DNA of 64,000 nucleotides from Monocercomonoides exilis PA203 (lineage: Eukaryota > Protista > Preaxostyla): NCBI GenBank assembly GCA_001643675.2, contig LSRY02000045.1, positions 496,001-560,000 of the forward strand, given 5' to 3'. Both the position numbers and the translations under genes were made by a program. Of this stretch, positions 34,063 to 47,500 are shown in pieces. Each line of letters starts with the position of its first letter. Positions within the stretch are counted from its first letter, which is position 1. The notes beneath the pieces were generated by a model, which saw only the letters and a program-made list of their open reading frames with translations, searched no databases and had not been told where the DNA came from.

Positions 34063-35360
34063 TATCTGTTTTTTAACAAATTATACCAAAAATGATTTTT
34101 ATTGAGCGTTATGCTCATAATTATTCTGAGTTTATGAAAATAGCAACAAAAAATTCAAATGTTTATTATTTATTTTCTAACTGCCTTATAAAAACGTTCT
34201 AGCATATTTTTTTATTATTGGCATCTGTGTTTTTATTAATGATTCTTCAGACATCTCTGTGGCAATGATTTTTCCAAAATGAACACTTTTTTTTATCCAG
34301 CAAACAGTTTGACGAAAATGAAAAATTATCAGAATTGCTAATTAAAAGGGAAAATATTAATATTTTGTATTGAAGATAAATTAAACAGTTTCGTTAACAT
34401 TGATAAACATATCAATAAATTGTTTCCAGATATCAAAAACTGAAATTTTCAAAAATACAATTTCTATCACAAAAAATGAAAGGGAAAGAAAGGGGAAAAA
34501 GAAAAGATATGTCTTTATAATTTTTTGAAAAGTTCCTATTGAGTTATTTTCAAATAAAATAAAAATAACATACGTATAACGACCAAATTTCTGTTCCCAC
34601 TCAACAAATTTCACCAAAATAAAAATGATAACATTGGTGACTATTTTTGAAATCATATCTTTTTTCTGGGTGTTGATTTTTCAAAGATTGAAAGCTTTTC
34701 GAAAGAACTTTTTATTTCAAAAGAAAAGAAGCATAATAATTGTCTAAATAAACAAGTATATTTTCAAAATAAAAAATGAAAATATCTTTAATAAGCCTTT
34801 TCACTTTTCAACGTTCATATGTTAATATTCAAGATAAGTTTTTGAACCGAAAATTATGTTAAAAAAAATAATGATCACAAAAATGGAAATAATAACATTG
34901 TCAAGGTTTTATTTTCATGACAGCAAAATTTGGTGAGTAAGAACAGATATTTGATCGAAATATGAAATAAAAATAATTTGAAAATAAAACAAATGGAAAC
35001 TTTCAAGAAAATTTTGACATGTGGATATTTATTATTTCCAATCCAATAACTTTTTGTTGATTTTTTCACATCATCAATTTTTTTTTCTTTGAGAGAGATC
35101 ATTTTTGATATCATATTTACCCAGTCAAACAGTACTGTTTGAAATTCACTTCGAATGTTGATAAATGAACACTTGAAAAAAATAACTTTATTCAAAACCA
35201 ATTTTTTTATGTTTGCATGTTTAAAATCGTTTTTTTTTTGAAACTATTATGATTCATTTAACTTTTGAATGAATTATTCCTCTACAAAGTCATATAATCT
35301 ATTTAGAAAATTCATTCTGAAAAAAATGCATGATTACAAATAAAATCACCCTTATTTATT

Positions 35361-35361
<1 letters not shown>

Positions 35362-35412
<51 letters not shown>
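35362..35412 (+). repeat. Poly-A tract (51 nt)
   Basis: Direct reading. Confidence 0.9.
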
Positions 35413-35414
<2 letters not shown>

Positions 35415-36131
35415 AACCACTAAAAAATATTTGAAGATGAAAGCTCATTCTTTTTTCACATCAGTATTTCTTCACAAATATGAAGAAGTGTTTAAACCAA
35501 AGAAAATATTGTGTTTCAATGGCTGAAATGAACAGAAATACAAAAAAGGAAAGTTTTCATTTAACATTTTGCAAATCAAACACTCAGTTAGAAAAGTTCG
35601 TGGAAATACGAGAATAATTTATTATGAAAAATTAAAAGGAATAAAAAAAAAACTTTCATCTTTTTTTTAAGATAAAATTTTTGAAAAAACAGAAAATGCA
35701 CAGTCTAATGATGTTGTATAATAAAAAAAAATTACGTTTGACGTTTTAGAGCATCTATTTGAAACAATAATGCCTAATAAAAATTTAAAGATACTGTTAA
35801 AGACTGAGTACTTTTAAAAATGCTGGTGCATATAATTTTTATTTGGAAAGGATAATTGATCATTCGTTCAGATACAATGTGGAAAAAATTATAACTGCAT
35901 TAAATATTGAGATTTGAATATTTCAATTTTCCTATCTGGCAAACACAAATCTCTTTGAGCAGAATAACGATGTGTAAACCTTGAAGAGAAGAAATGAACA
36001 AATTCATTCTTAAACATTTATCAAACGAATGGAACAAGAACAACTCAATAAAAAATCATCAAAAATTTCGATATCAAGCTAAAATCCAACTACAACTATA
36101 ACATCCTCGCGGTTGATTCAAGAAAACATAA

Positions 36132-36858
36132 TCATTGAACTTCGCCCATGAGAAAATTTAAATCAATTTGCAATTGAGATTTCTTGAAACTGAATGTTGC
36201 AAGTGAGGGATTTGCGTTTTCTTCACATGAATCTGTTTCTTGAGATATCTGCGGAGGCTTTGGCTTATTGTCAATGTCTCTTCTTGGATTTGAAGGATCA
36301 AAAAACCAAGGATTATCACTCGTTGTCCAAGAAGGTCTTTTATCGCCAATTTGAAAATCCAAAAGAGATAGAAGTGAATCAAGAGATGCCGATTGAGTGT
36401 CCATCAATTCATTTTTGTCTATATTGAACTTTCTATCTTTTCTAAAATTTAATATTTTGTTAACACTTGAATCACACATGTGTGAACAAGACACAAAATT
36501 CTTTATTGTTTGAAATAACATGCGAATGAAAATGAAAAGGAAAACGATATATATAAAATTTCAGAAATGATAGTAATTAGGGAAAAAGTCAAACCTGAAC
36601 GCAATCTGCAATCTTATCAATTCCGCAGTCTTGAATACATTTTATTATTTCTTCATTCTCTCCTCGTTTTCGTGTGCAATTTTTTTTGCATCCTTCAACT
36701 GTTGCATTTATATGTCTTTGAAATATTTGTTTGCATTCGTTATTACAATCATCGCGGTTATTTGCTTCAGAAAGAACATATTCGTTGAAGTGGTTTTCTG
36801 TTCTCATGAATGGAAAAATAAGAAACGCAAGCAAATATGAAACAACAAAGACTTTCAT
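36132..36858 (-). CDS. Putative secreted CxxxC-repeat Cys-rich protein (~210 aa, two exons)
   Basis: Signal-like 'MKVFVVSYLLAFLIFPF'; CNNEC, CKKNC, CIQDC. A phase-0 GT-AG intron (36594-36501) joins 'DCVQ' to 'NFVSCSHMC', continuing the Cys pattern. Confidence 0.6.
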
Positions 36859-37077
36859 TTTAATTGTTGATAAAAATTCGATAAAAACAATTTCCTTCAA
36901 GAGCTGTAAAAAAATTAACACATCATTGTTAAAAATAACTGAAAAATATTAAGTATGGTTGAAAATCGAAAATAAAAATTTAAAAATAAAATTATTAAAA
37001 ATTTCTATTAACAAAATAAAAGCTTTGGATGTAAATTATTATTGTTAAATAATCAATTTTGAAAGATTTTGAAAATG

Positions 37078-40000
37078 CTATAATGATAGGACAATTCGAT
37101 TGTTTCCATTAAAATAGAGCTGCAACAAAGGAGTTGTTAATTGATATTCTCTTGCTTCTTGCTCTGCAACAAGTTCACTTCGTTGAGTCAAAAGTGTTGA
37201 ATAAAAAGAAGAGCAATCCGCTAGACAATTCTGTGTTTTTTGCGGCAAAAGCGGAATTTCGTTTTTGCAATCCATATTTTGACATGAATTGCATGTCATT
37301 TTTTCCCCATTATTAATTTGTTTGTTTGTGAATGAATCCAGAATGCTACGAGAAGCTGGGTCGAGGAGCGAAGAGGAAGAAAAAGGCAAAAACGATGCCG
37401 GCGCGGCAGAAGGGGAAACTCCAGCGCATTCTGCGATGAATTGAGAGAGAAGAGAAGAGAATGAAGAAATAGCAAAACGATATTCAGAAGGAAGAAGAGG
37501 AGCTGTGGGACGCATTTTTGGGTTATAACAGCCGGAAATCCAATGAAATCGACCAGTTTTCTTTGGGTTTGAGGCAAATTTGCTTGAAAATTTGCTTTTT
37601 TTGGTTGATTCTTCTTTTCTTTCTTCTTCTTCTTCTTCTTCTTCATTTTTAATTTCTTTATTAATTTCTTCTTTCTCTCTTTCTTTTCCTTCTTCTTCTC
37701 TTTCTTCTCTTTCTCCTTTCCCTTCTCTCACAAATTCTCTAATGTTTATCTTCTCCAACACAATCTGGGCGAAAAGGGGATTATCAATAGGAATACCCAA
37801 ATTAAGATCAATGGGAACATACTTGAAGGAAGAAGAAGAAGAAGAAGAAGAAGAAGAAGAAGAAGAAGAAGAAGAAGAAGAAGAAGAAGAAGAAGAAGAA
37901 GAAGAAATACATAAAGAAGAAGAAGAATTACCAGAATTATTATTCTTCTTCTTATTTATTCTTACAGCCCCCATCCACAGCACCCCCACCAAATCATAAA
38001 GAGAAAGAGCTTCGACAACATCACACGCGCATTCAATGCATTTGGGAGGGATAAGAGGATGCTGCCAGAGGAAGGAGGAAGAAGAAGAGGGAGAAGGAGA
38101 AGGAGAAGAGAAAGAAGAAGAAGAAGAAGAAGAAGAAGAGGGAGAAGGAGAAGAGGAAGAAGAGAAAGAAGAAGAAGATGATGTGTCAGAAGAATTAAAC
38201 GAAGGAGAAGAAGAAGATAAAGAAGAAGAATATCTATAGAAAGGGAGGAAGATGGGGTAGCAGGCAAATCGATCATCAGACTCAGAAGAAGGCGAAGACA
38301 AGATGTGGAGACGAGGGTGAGTGAAATAGAATGGAGAGGAGAAGGAAGAGAACGCTTTGAAGCGAAGAGAAGAAGGAGAAAGAGAAGGAGAAGGAGAAGG
38401 AGAGGAAGATGAAGAAGAAGTTGTTTGTTCTTCATCATTTTCAGGTTTATTTTCTTTGTTGTCACTCAAAATATTTGTTTCTTTGTCTTCTTCTTTCTCC
38501 TTGTTTTCCTCTTTCTCTTCCTCTTTTCCTATCTTTTCTTCTTTCTCTCCTTCCTCTTTAGCTTCTTCTCCTTTCCCTTTTTCACTCTCTTCCTTCTTCT
38601 CCTCCTTTTCTTTCTCTTTCTCCTCTTCCATTTCTTCTTCCTCTTCTTCCTCTTCCTCTTCCTCTTCCTCCTCTTCTTCTCCTCTCACCATGTTCTGATG
38701 CCCCCACACCACACAACATCCTCCTTCTCCCAATGCTTCCTGAAGAAGAGCTAACAAATATGCCCTTTCGACCCACTTCCCGTCTTTCCCATCAGGAAGA
38801 AGAAGATAATAGAGAGGAAGAGAAGAAGGAGAAGGAGAAGAAGAAGAGGGAGAAGAAGAGGGAGAAGAGGAAGAGGAAGATTGAGAAGAGAATGAAGATA
38901 AAGATAACAATGAAGAACTTAATTTAAGCTCATCATCATCATCATCTTCTTCCTCTTCTTTTTCTCTTTCTCTTTCCTCTCTTTCCTCTTCTTCTCTTTC
39001 TCCTTCTTCTTCTTCTTCTCTCTCCTCTTCTTCTCCCTCACACAGCACATCTGGCAACGTCTCAATCACACTTCCAAATGGAAGATAGAGCAGATGCAGA
39101 CCTCCCTTTCCTCCCCTCTCTGAAAGAAGGAAGCGAATCCAGGGGGTGCAGGAGAGAGAAGAGGAGAATGGGCCGACGAAGGGGAGGGAGGGGAGGAGAG
39201 GAGGAGGAAGAGGAGAAGAGGAAGAAAGAGAGGAAGAAGAAGATGATGATGAGGCGATGATGGAATGCTGTTTGATTAATGATGTATTTTCATTATTTAA
39301 TGTTCTTTCTTCTTCTTTTTTTATCTCTTCTTTCTCTTCTTTCTCTTTCTCCCTCTCTTTCTCCCTCTCCTTCCCTCTCTCCTTCTTCTCCTTCTCCTTC
39401 TCCATAGGCACCACCATCTCCATCGCCACTTCCCTCGCAATAGGGCAGACCGTAAACACACACGAATGCTTGTCCACAATCATTGTTTTCCTCTCTTCCT
39501 CGTCAAATTGGAAGAGCATCTCAATCTTCAGCACATCCACCTCACCTCCTCTGGAGAGGAGGAGGCGGAGGAGGAGAGAGAGGCCCCAGGCACGGAGGGT
39601 GTATTCGGAGAGAGAGGAAGAGGAGGAAGAGGAAGAGGAAGAAGAAGAAGAAGAAGATGATGATGATGAAGAGGAAGAAGAAGGAAGAATAGAAGACAAA
39701 TAGAAGGATTTGGGTGATGGAGATGAAGGAGGAGGAGGAGGGGTGGATGAAGAGGAAGGTGGAGATGAAGAATGCGAATGAGAAAAAGAAGAAGGTGGAG
39801 GAGAGGGAGAGGAAGAAGAGGGAGAGGAAGAAGAAGAAGAAGAACGAACATGTTTATTTTCAAATGGAAGAGGTTTTGGAAAATTCTTTTGTGTCTTCTC
39901 ATTTTCTGATTCGTTTTTATCTTCTAATAATTCAACATCATTTTCTTTCTCTTCATCTTTTTCTTCTTCTCTTTCTCTTTTTCCTTCTTCTTCTTCTTCT

Positions 40001-41779
40001 TCTTCTTTCTCCTCTTCTTCTTCAAACTCCTTCTTCATCACTTCCATCATCTCCCTCATTCTCCTCCTCTCCCTCCTCTTCTCTTCCCTCTCTTCCTTCC
40101 TCCTCCTCCTCTCCTCCTTTCTCTTCTCCCTCCATTCCTCTTCTTCCTTCTCCTCTTCCTCCCTCCTCTTCCTCTCCCCTTCCCTTCTCCCTTCCTCCAG
40201 CCCTTTCACGAATTCCTCCATTCCTTCATGGGATATCCTCCCAACCTCCATCAGCATCACAGCATATGTCATCAGCTGAGGGGAGAGGTTGTTGAGCATC
40301 AAGAGAGCATTCGTGTTGTTGTCGAGGAGGAGGAGGAGGCGCTTGTGGGCTGAGGAGGGGAAGGGGGATGGAGAGGAGAAGGAAGAAGAAGAAGAAGAAG
40401 AAGAAGAAGATGATGATAAAGGAGAAGGAGAAGAAGAAGAAATGGAAGAAGAAGAAGATGTTTTTTGAGGAGAAGAAAGAGGATGAGAAGGAGGAAGAGG
40501 AGGAAGCGAAAGAGATTTATTAGCCAAGTCAACAATTTGAGGAGAAGATGAAATGGAAGAGTTTGAAATGGCGGAAGGATGAAGTGTGTTTGAGTAAGAA
40601 TGTGAAAGAGGAGAAGAAAGAGGAGAAGAGGAAGAAGAAGAAGAAAGAGAGGAAGAGGGAGAAGAAGAGGAAGGAGAAGAAGATAAAGGAGAAGAAAGAG
40701 GAGAAGAAGAAGAAGAAGTTAATAAATTGTCTTTTGTTGAGAATTGAGTGATGTTTCTATCAGCTCCAAATGTTGAGTCAAATTCTTTTTTGGTCATTAA
40801 ATTTGAAGAAGAGGAGGAAGAAGAGGAAGAAGAGGGAGAAGAGGGAGAAGGCGAGGGAGAAGAAGAAGAAGAAGAAGAAGAAGAAGGTGAGAGAGGTGAA
40901 GAAAACTGCATAGAAATAGGAGAAGAAGAAGGGTTTTGAGTGAACAATAAGGAAGAAGGAAGACGAGAACGAACGGAAGAAGAAGAAGAAGAAGAAGAGG
41001 AGGAGGAGGAGGAGGAAGGAGAAGAAGAGGAAGATAAATTTGTTGTGAATGAAAAGGAAGAAGAAGAAGAAGAAGGGGAAGAAGAAGATGATGAGGAAGA
41101 TGAGGAAGATGAGGAAGATGAGGAAAGAGAAGAAGAAGAAGAAGAAATAGAATTAATTTGAGGAGAAGGAGCAATAAACGCATCGAGAGAAGGAAGAGGA
41201 GTCTTAGTGAGCATTGGGAGAGGGACAAGAACATCAAAAGTGGATGGAATAAGACGAGAAGAAGAAGAAGAGGAGGAGGAGGAGGAAGAAGAAAGAGAAG
41301 AAGAAGAATTAATAGAAGAAGAAGAAGAAAGAGAAGAGGAAGAGGAAGAAGAAGACAATGAAGAAGAAGAATTAATAGAATTCTGATAACTTGTAAGCCA
41401 TGAAGGGTCGCAAGGGATGGGGGCGGTGTGTTTGAGGAAGAGAGGAAGAGGAAGAGGAAAAGAACGAGAAAGAAATGTTTGAGAGATGTGAGGGAAGGAA
41501 GAGAGAGAAGAAGAAGAAGAAGAGGAAGGAGAAGAGGGAGAAGAGGAGGAAGAAGAAGAATTTTGAACGATTATGCGATGAAAAGAAGAAGAAGGGGAAC
41601 AAGGAGAGGAAGAAGAAGAAGATGACGATGATGAAGGAGAAGGAGAAGAAGGAGAAGGTGATATAGAAGAAGGAGAATTTGAAGAAGAGGAAGGAGAAGA
41701 AGGCAAAACATACAGAATTTTATTGTTATCAGAAGAAGAAGAAGAAGAAGAAGAAGAAGAAGAAGAAGAAGAAGAAGAA

Positions 41780-41811
<32 letters not shown>

Positions 41812-41945
41812 AGAGGAAGAGGAAGAAGAAGATGAATCAATTCTATCATTTAAAGGCATAGGAATAACAACATTATCATTATCATCATCATCATCATGAA
41901 TATTTCCTTCTCTTTCGTTTTCTGAGTTGAGAAGAGAGAGAAGAG

Positions 41946-41977
<32 letters not shown>

Positions 41978-44211
41978 GAAGAAGAAGAGGAGGAGGGGGA
42001 AGAAGAAGAAGAAGAAGAAGAAGAAGAATACATGTTTGTTTCAGGAGATGTTGGGTTTGAGACAATTTGTGTTGAAATATCTTGTTGTGAGTCAGATTTA
42101 GAGAGAAGAACAATATCTTTGGAGGAAGAAGAAAGAGAAGAAGAAGAAGAAGAAGAAGAAGAAGAAGAAGATGATGATGATGATGAATTTAATTGAGAAT
42201 TAGCCAACATTTCATCATTACTTGTTCCATAAGCATTCATTTTCATTGAAATATTATGAAAATCTTCCTCTTTCCCTTTCCCTTTCTCCTTCTCCCCTTC
42301 TCTTCCTCCTCCTCTCCCCATCTCTTTCTCTCTCCCCTTCCCTCCTTCTTTCTCTTTCTCCTTCTCCTTCTCCTTCTCAAACTCCCACCCGTCCCATTCA
42401 TCGTCTTCTTCTTCTTCTTCTTCTCTCCCTCCATTCTTCGCTGACACAAACCCCATCCGCATCAGCAGCCCAACCCATTCACTCACCCTCTTCCATGTCT
42501 CCCACCACACTTTGCCCCGGATTCGCTTGTGCTTCAGATGAATTTCTTCTTTTTCCACTCTTTTTGTGACAGTTTTGATGGTTTTGATGGGGTTTTTGAT
42601 GGAATTTTTGTTTTTATTATCTTCTTCTTCTTTTTCTCCTTCTCCTTCTTCTCCTTCTCCTTCTCCTTCTCCTTCCTTCTTTGCCTCTATCTCTTTCTCT
42701 ATCTCTTTCTGCTTCTGCAGCTGTTGATGATGACCAATGTGAATAGATGAAAGTGTTGGTGGCGTAACACTTTCTGATAAATCCATTTCTTTCTCTTCTT
42801 CTTCTCCTTCTCCTTTTTCTTCTTCATTTGGTTGAGTTTCAATTGACTCTCCAACTTCTTCTGAAGAATTAATATCTTTTTCTTCTTTATTCTCTTCTTC
42901 TTCTTCTTCCTCCTCTTCTTCCTCCTCTTCTTCCTCTATTTCCTCTTCTACTTCTTCAATCACTTTCTCCACTGACGCCTTCTCTATCTCTTGCACCCAT
43001 CCATTGCTCCTCTCCTCCACTTCCCCTTCTCCTCCTTCTTTCCCTTTCCCCATCCCTCTCCCTTTCTCTCTCTCCCTCTCCCTCTCCTTCTCCCTCTCCC
43101 TTTCTCTCCTCCTCCTCCTCCCTTCCTCCTCCACCATCACCCTCAGCGGAAACCGCTCATCCATCGAGTTCATCACACGATACAGCGCCTTCTCTATCGC
43201 ATCCCCTCCCACTCGATTCATCACAAACCCATTCATCTCTGGTGCAGTCAGCACAGAAGAAGGGAAGAGGGGGATGGTGATGTAAACAAGTGGCTGCGTG
43301 CTGCTGGCGGAGAGAAGGGAAATAAGCGCATTCCGCTCAAACAAGCCGGCGGGGGCGCAGCCGTAGAGACATTGAGGGTGCGGGAGCGTGGGATAGGCTG
43401 CTTGAGGCAAAGGAGAAGGAAACGAGGAATAAGGAGAAGAGGAAGAAGAAGGAGAAGAAGGAGAATTTGTTTGAGATCCAACAAGCTCTGGCTGTTGAAT
43501 AGAAATCGTGATGGTTTGTATAGCTTGCAACCATTGCTGCAAATGCTGCTTGCTCGAAAGAAGTTGTCGTATGATCATTTTTTGGGGTTCTGGCAACACT
43601 TTCACTGAATCATCTTCAAGACTGTTAACTCTTCCTAAGTGAACAAACCACCAAGGTTCGATATGTGGAACAGGTGGAGTTGGAAGCAAAGACAGAAGAG
43701 TGGATTTTCTTTTCCTGGCAAAGTACGATTTTGACCGAAGAGTATTTAGTATTGTAATGAATTCATTTCTTCCAACTCCAAGAATTCGAACACTTTCTCG
43801 ACCGGTAAAATTTGGTAAAGTGTCATAAGATTTTCCTAAAAAAAAAAATAAAATAAAATAAATTGTATGAACTTAAACTTTTCACTTTTTGAGCTACAAA
43901 CCAGATTCAATTAGCGATATCAAAATCTCTCTGTAATATGAATAAGGCGTAAGACCAGCAACACATGTCAGATAAGCTGAGTCATGGTATGGATACACCA
44001 TTAATTCTGATTGCAATGTTTTTATAAACCTTCCATAGTACTCTTCCCTTCTGATAGGAAGTTCTGGATTCCATGAATCTGCATTTTTAATGCTATGATC
44101 AATAATCATTGCATTCCATTTGCTTTCTGTAAGACCTAATGTATGAACTAAACTGTACGGAAGATTATGGAAGCTTGTCTTTTCATTGAGATGAAATTGA
44201 ACGCTTTCCAT
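37078..44211 (-). CDS. FAM91A1: FAM91A1 family protein (~2350 aa, heavily expanded by poly-S/poly-E tracts); intron 43901-43836
   Basis: 'VYPYH...TPYSYY...G|KSYDTLPNFT...ILGVGRNEFI', 'IEPWWFVHLG', 'GFVMNRVGGD.IEKALY', 'KRLLLLLD..TNALLMLNNLSPQLMTYAVMLMEVGRIS.EGMEEF' match FAM91 N- and C-domain motifs. Confidence 0.88.
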
Positions 44212-44334
44212 CTTTTGTTATGATCATTATCCCAAAGAAAATAATTTTTTAAATTCTATTTTTTTTTTTGTTTATTTTTCTTCTTTAAAAATTCAAATTA
44301 TGATCAAAAGCTCACAAAAAAACAAATTTTTAAT

Positions 44335-44976
44335 TTACTCATCAGGAACAGCAATGCTTCCGTCGTCAATCCTTGGGAAAAGATCCTTTGGAGATTGCCC
44401 ATCAACTGAGCATCCAACGCTGACGCATGAGCCAAGAATCTCCTTAACTGTGCCTTTCAAAGTACAGGCAAGAGATCTATCGCGGACGGTGCGTGCAATT
44501 TTTATGACCTGATCCATGGTGATTGAGCCACTGTGTTTAACTTAAAAAATTATATTATTTTTTCGAAAACGCATTAAAATAACTCATAAAATGCAAAAAG
44601 TCATAAAAAATCCAACATACTATTTTTAACTTTCTTTCTGTCTCTTGGTGGTTCGTTCAGTGCTTGGATAATCATTGAAGGAACAGATGGAACAACAAAA
44701 ACTTCTGCTTGTCTGTTCTTCACAACAAGTTTAACAGTGACTCTGAGTCCTTTCCATCCCATTGTCGCTTTAGCGATATCTTCTCCTGTTTTTTTTGGGT
44801 TCTTTTTGGAAATTATTTTTATCAAATATTATCAAATATTAAATCCTTGTGAAAAAAAAATAAACCAATCCGAGAGGACCAATCTTTGGTGCGAGAGTGG
44901 AAGCTGCTCCAACCTCTCCTCCGACTGCACGGATGAAAACAATTTTCTCTTCATTTGGATCAATCTTTGGTGGCAT
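44335..44976 (-). CDS. RPL12: 60S ribosomal protein L12 (uL11), three exons: 44976-44866, 44801-44621, 44540-44335
   Basis: MPPKIDPNE...[19 protein letters not shown]|[22 protein letters not shown]...[11 protein letters not shown]|IKHSG...[16 protein letters not shown]; canonical GT-AG introns. Confidence 0.97.
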
Positions 44977-45499
44977 TTCTGAAAAGCTTTTGATCAATTG
45001 AGGAGTTATTGCAAATTTTTTGCCCATACATTTTATATGTGAATTATTCAAATTTGTTTTTTGGTATTATTTGAACATAATATCGATTCAATTACATTTA
45101 TTTGATGGCAATTATATATTGCAGCATTTCAAACAATTTTTTATATGAATTCAAATTTCCTATTCAAGAATTGTGATTTCGATTGAATATTGTTGGAACA
45201 TTTATTGCAAAAATTAAGATATATCAGTTATTTTATTCTAATTGACGTGGTAAAAATTACGCTATTCAAACTGTGAAATACAATCTTGATGCAAATGAGT
45301 CTTTGCAAAAAACTCAAAAGAACAACTTTATCATGAAACTGTTATTTCATTTGAAAGATGAAAGGTTAGAAAATGTTTTGTTCTGTGTTTTCTTTAACTT
45401 GTTTTGGATATTTATAAAGACTGTTTTTCAGAAAAACATGTTATATTTTCTTTTCAGTAGTCTTGATTTTAGAGCCTCTTCATTTTTGAAGATTTAAGC

Positions 45500-47500
45500 T
45501 TCAATGAATCACTATTCAGAACTGTAATTGGAACTTCTTCCTAAATTTTAGCTCAAGCCTTCTTATGGATTGAACATTCCGCTCTTCTTGTTCATTTTAG
45601 CCTCGTCTTCACTTCAAAGCGTCGCATCTGCAGGAACATTCTTGCACATTTGCATACTTACAGCAGGGACACATGCTTTCCACAATCACTCTATCTATCC
45701 TTATCATAAGCAAAGCAGCAAAGAACTAGTGCAGTTCCAACACTTGCAACAATCAGAATTCATCTTTAATTTACGAAATCAGAGGAAAGAACTCTATAAA
45801 TTCAACCACACACACACAAAAAAAAAAATATTATAGAAGCATTTACAAAAGTTATCAAAGTACTTCTCAGCAATCACCTTTCAAGCAAAGGATTATTTTA
45901 TTTGAAACCAACCAGCCAAGGAATCTGAATCATTTTCTCCGTAGCTAACTTCTCTTTCGAGTTTTATGCGAATCTTCAATGATCATTGCTTGAACCTCGT
46001 CAACTTATTCATTCGATTTTTTAATTGTCTCGTATTTTTTCTTGTTTCTGTATACACAAATGAAGCAACAAAGGAAAAATATCGACATATTCGATTACTT
46101 TTACTTCTGCTTCTCTAATAGCTACACCATCTTGATTGGGAGCAGACATGAATATGACTTCTCTTTTTTACAAGTTTTTGAACCATGTATTCAATGGCAG
46201 TTTTTACTAAAAAGCCAAAAGTTGCTATTTAGTCTTTTTAATGATTTTTAGATTTCTCCTCGCATATTCCTCTCTTTCAATCCTGCGTAGATGAATTTTT
46301 ATTCCTCTCTTCTTTGGAAGTGAAGCGAGTCAAATGTACAATCAATACATCAAACGGAAGATATTAAACAATTATTCAAGTCGAATATACGCTCATCATC
46401 ATTATCATCTGCAGATTCACAATTATGTTTGTACGTGCCTTCATTTTCGAGCTGATTACTCAAAGAAATATCAATGTTGCTATTTTCAACAAATGAATAA
46501 AATGCTTCATATCCATGCTCTGATCCTGCTTCACTAAAATAACTCATTGAGGCGGAGTCAAGCATTCACAACGCTTTCTCTTCAACCATCTTTTTGCATG
46601 TTCACATTTTGTCTCGAAGGCATTATCTTGCAAACTCCTCTTCTATCTATCAAATAAATAAATATTCTTCTTCAGATCATTTGTACGATATATTTATTTT
46701 CTTTCTAGATGGATGTAGATACAATTCCTTTCAAAATAGCACCGTATTAGCATTCAACTCTTATTAAAGCAGCACAATAACGACTTCATCTTTCATGAGA
46801 TAAAAGGAAATTCTTCATTTTCGTTATATTGACAAGACATTCATCGCAAATATCGCAATATCAGCTTCATTAGAGTTGAACAAGCGCTCCATCCCTTTCT
46901 GTTAGTTCAGTTCATTTCGTTTCGATGCTTATCAGTGAAGAAGTCTTCAACATAACTCATAACTACATGAATCACTTTTGTCATAGGCGATGCAAATAAC
47001 CTTGAGAACGAGTAAAGTTCATTCTCAATAATTTCTGCTTCCTCATAAGTATTTTCACTTTACGATTTCAATGATCTTCTATTAGAAATCTCCAGTAGTT
47101 TTCATATGGATAATTACAGCGTCTATCAAAAGCATCTTAAATTTTGACTTCATTGAAAGTATCAAGGTGCATCCTATCTGAATAACACTACAGCAAATGT
47201 GCTGCGGTTATAATGCCCAATAGCAATTAACTTTTCCTATGAATTTGATTGATTTTGAGGCCTTCTAAGGAATCCAAAGAAGTTGAGTTGGGGAATCATT
47301 CCAGGAGAAAGAGTGTTGCCAGATGTAAGAAACGCTGCTATCGTTGTTTCTGCTGCTTTTTCACCTATTTTGGAACAAAAAGTACACTCAGATGGAAATA
47401 AAAATATATTTTTATTAGGCAATGTCATTTTCATTTCCGCATGAAGAATAATTAAGCCAGAAATCCTTTTCTGAAAAGAATTTGAAAACAACAACAACAT
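45500..47500 (-). pseudogene. Possible decayed gene fragments (unassigned)
   Basis: Somewhat higher GC than the intergenic DNA, with short protein-like frames broken by stops; no recognisable domain. Confidence 0.2.

Larger units (their letters stand above)
16276..34469. repeat. Giant palindrome P2 (18.2 kb); each arm holds a head-to-head pair of family genes; spacer ~25541-25699
   Basis: Mirror ORFs sum to 50745-50747 (17298/33448, 22054/28692, 16640/34105). Outer edge is tgatagaaattgtat(16276) / atacaatttctatca(34469). Confidence 0.95.

Noticed and set aside
16276-34469. Giant TIR transposon (Polinton/Maverick or foldback element)
   Set aside because: No transposase, integrase or polB ORF and no clear TSD at the edges; the arms consist of host family genes and nearly meet at the centre.
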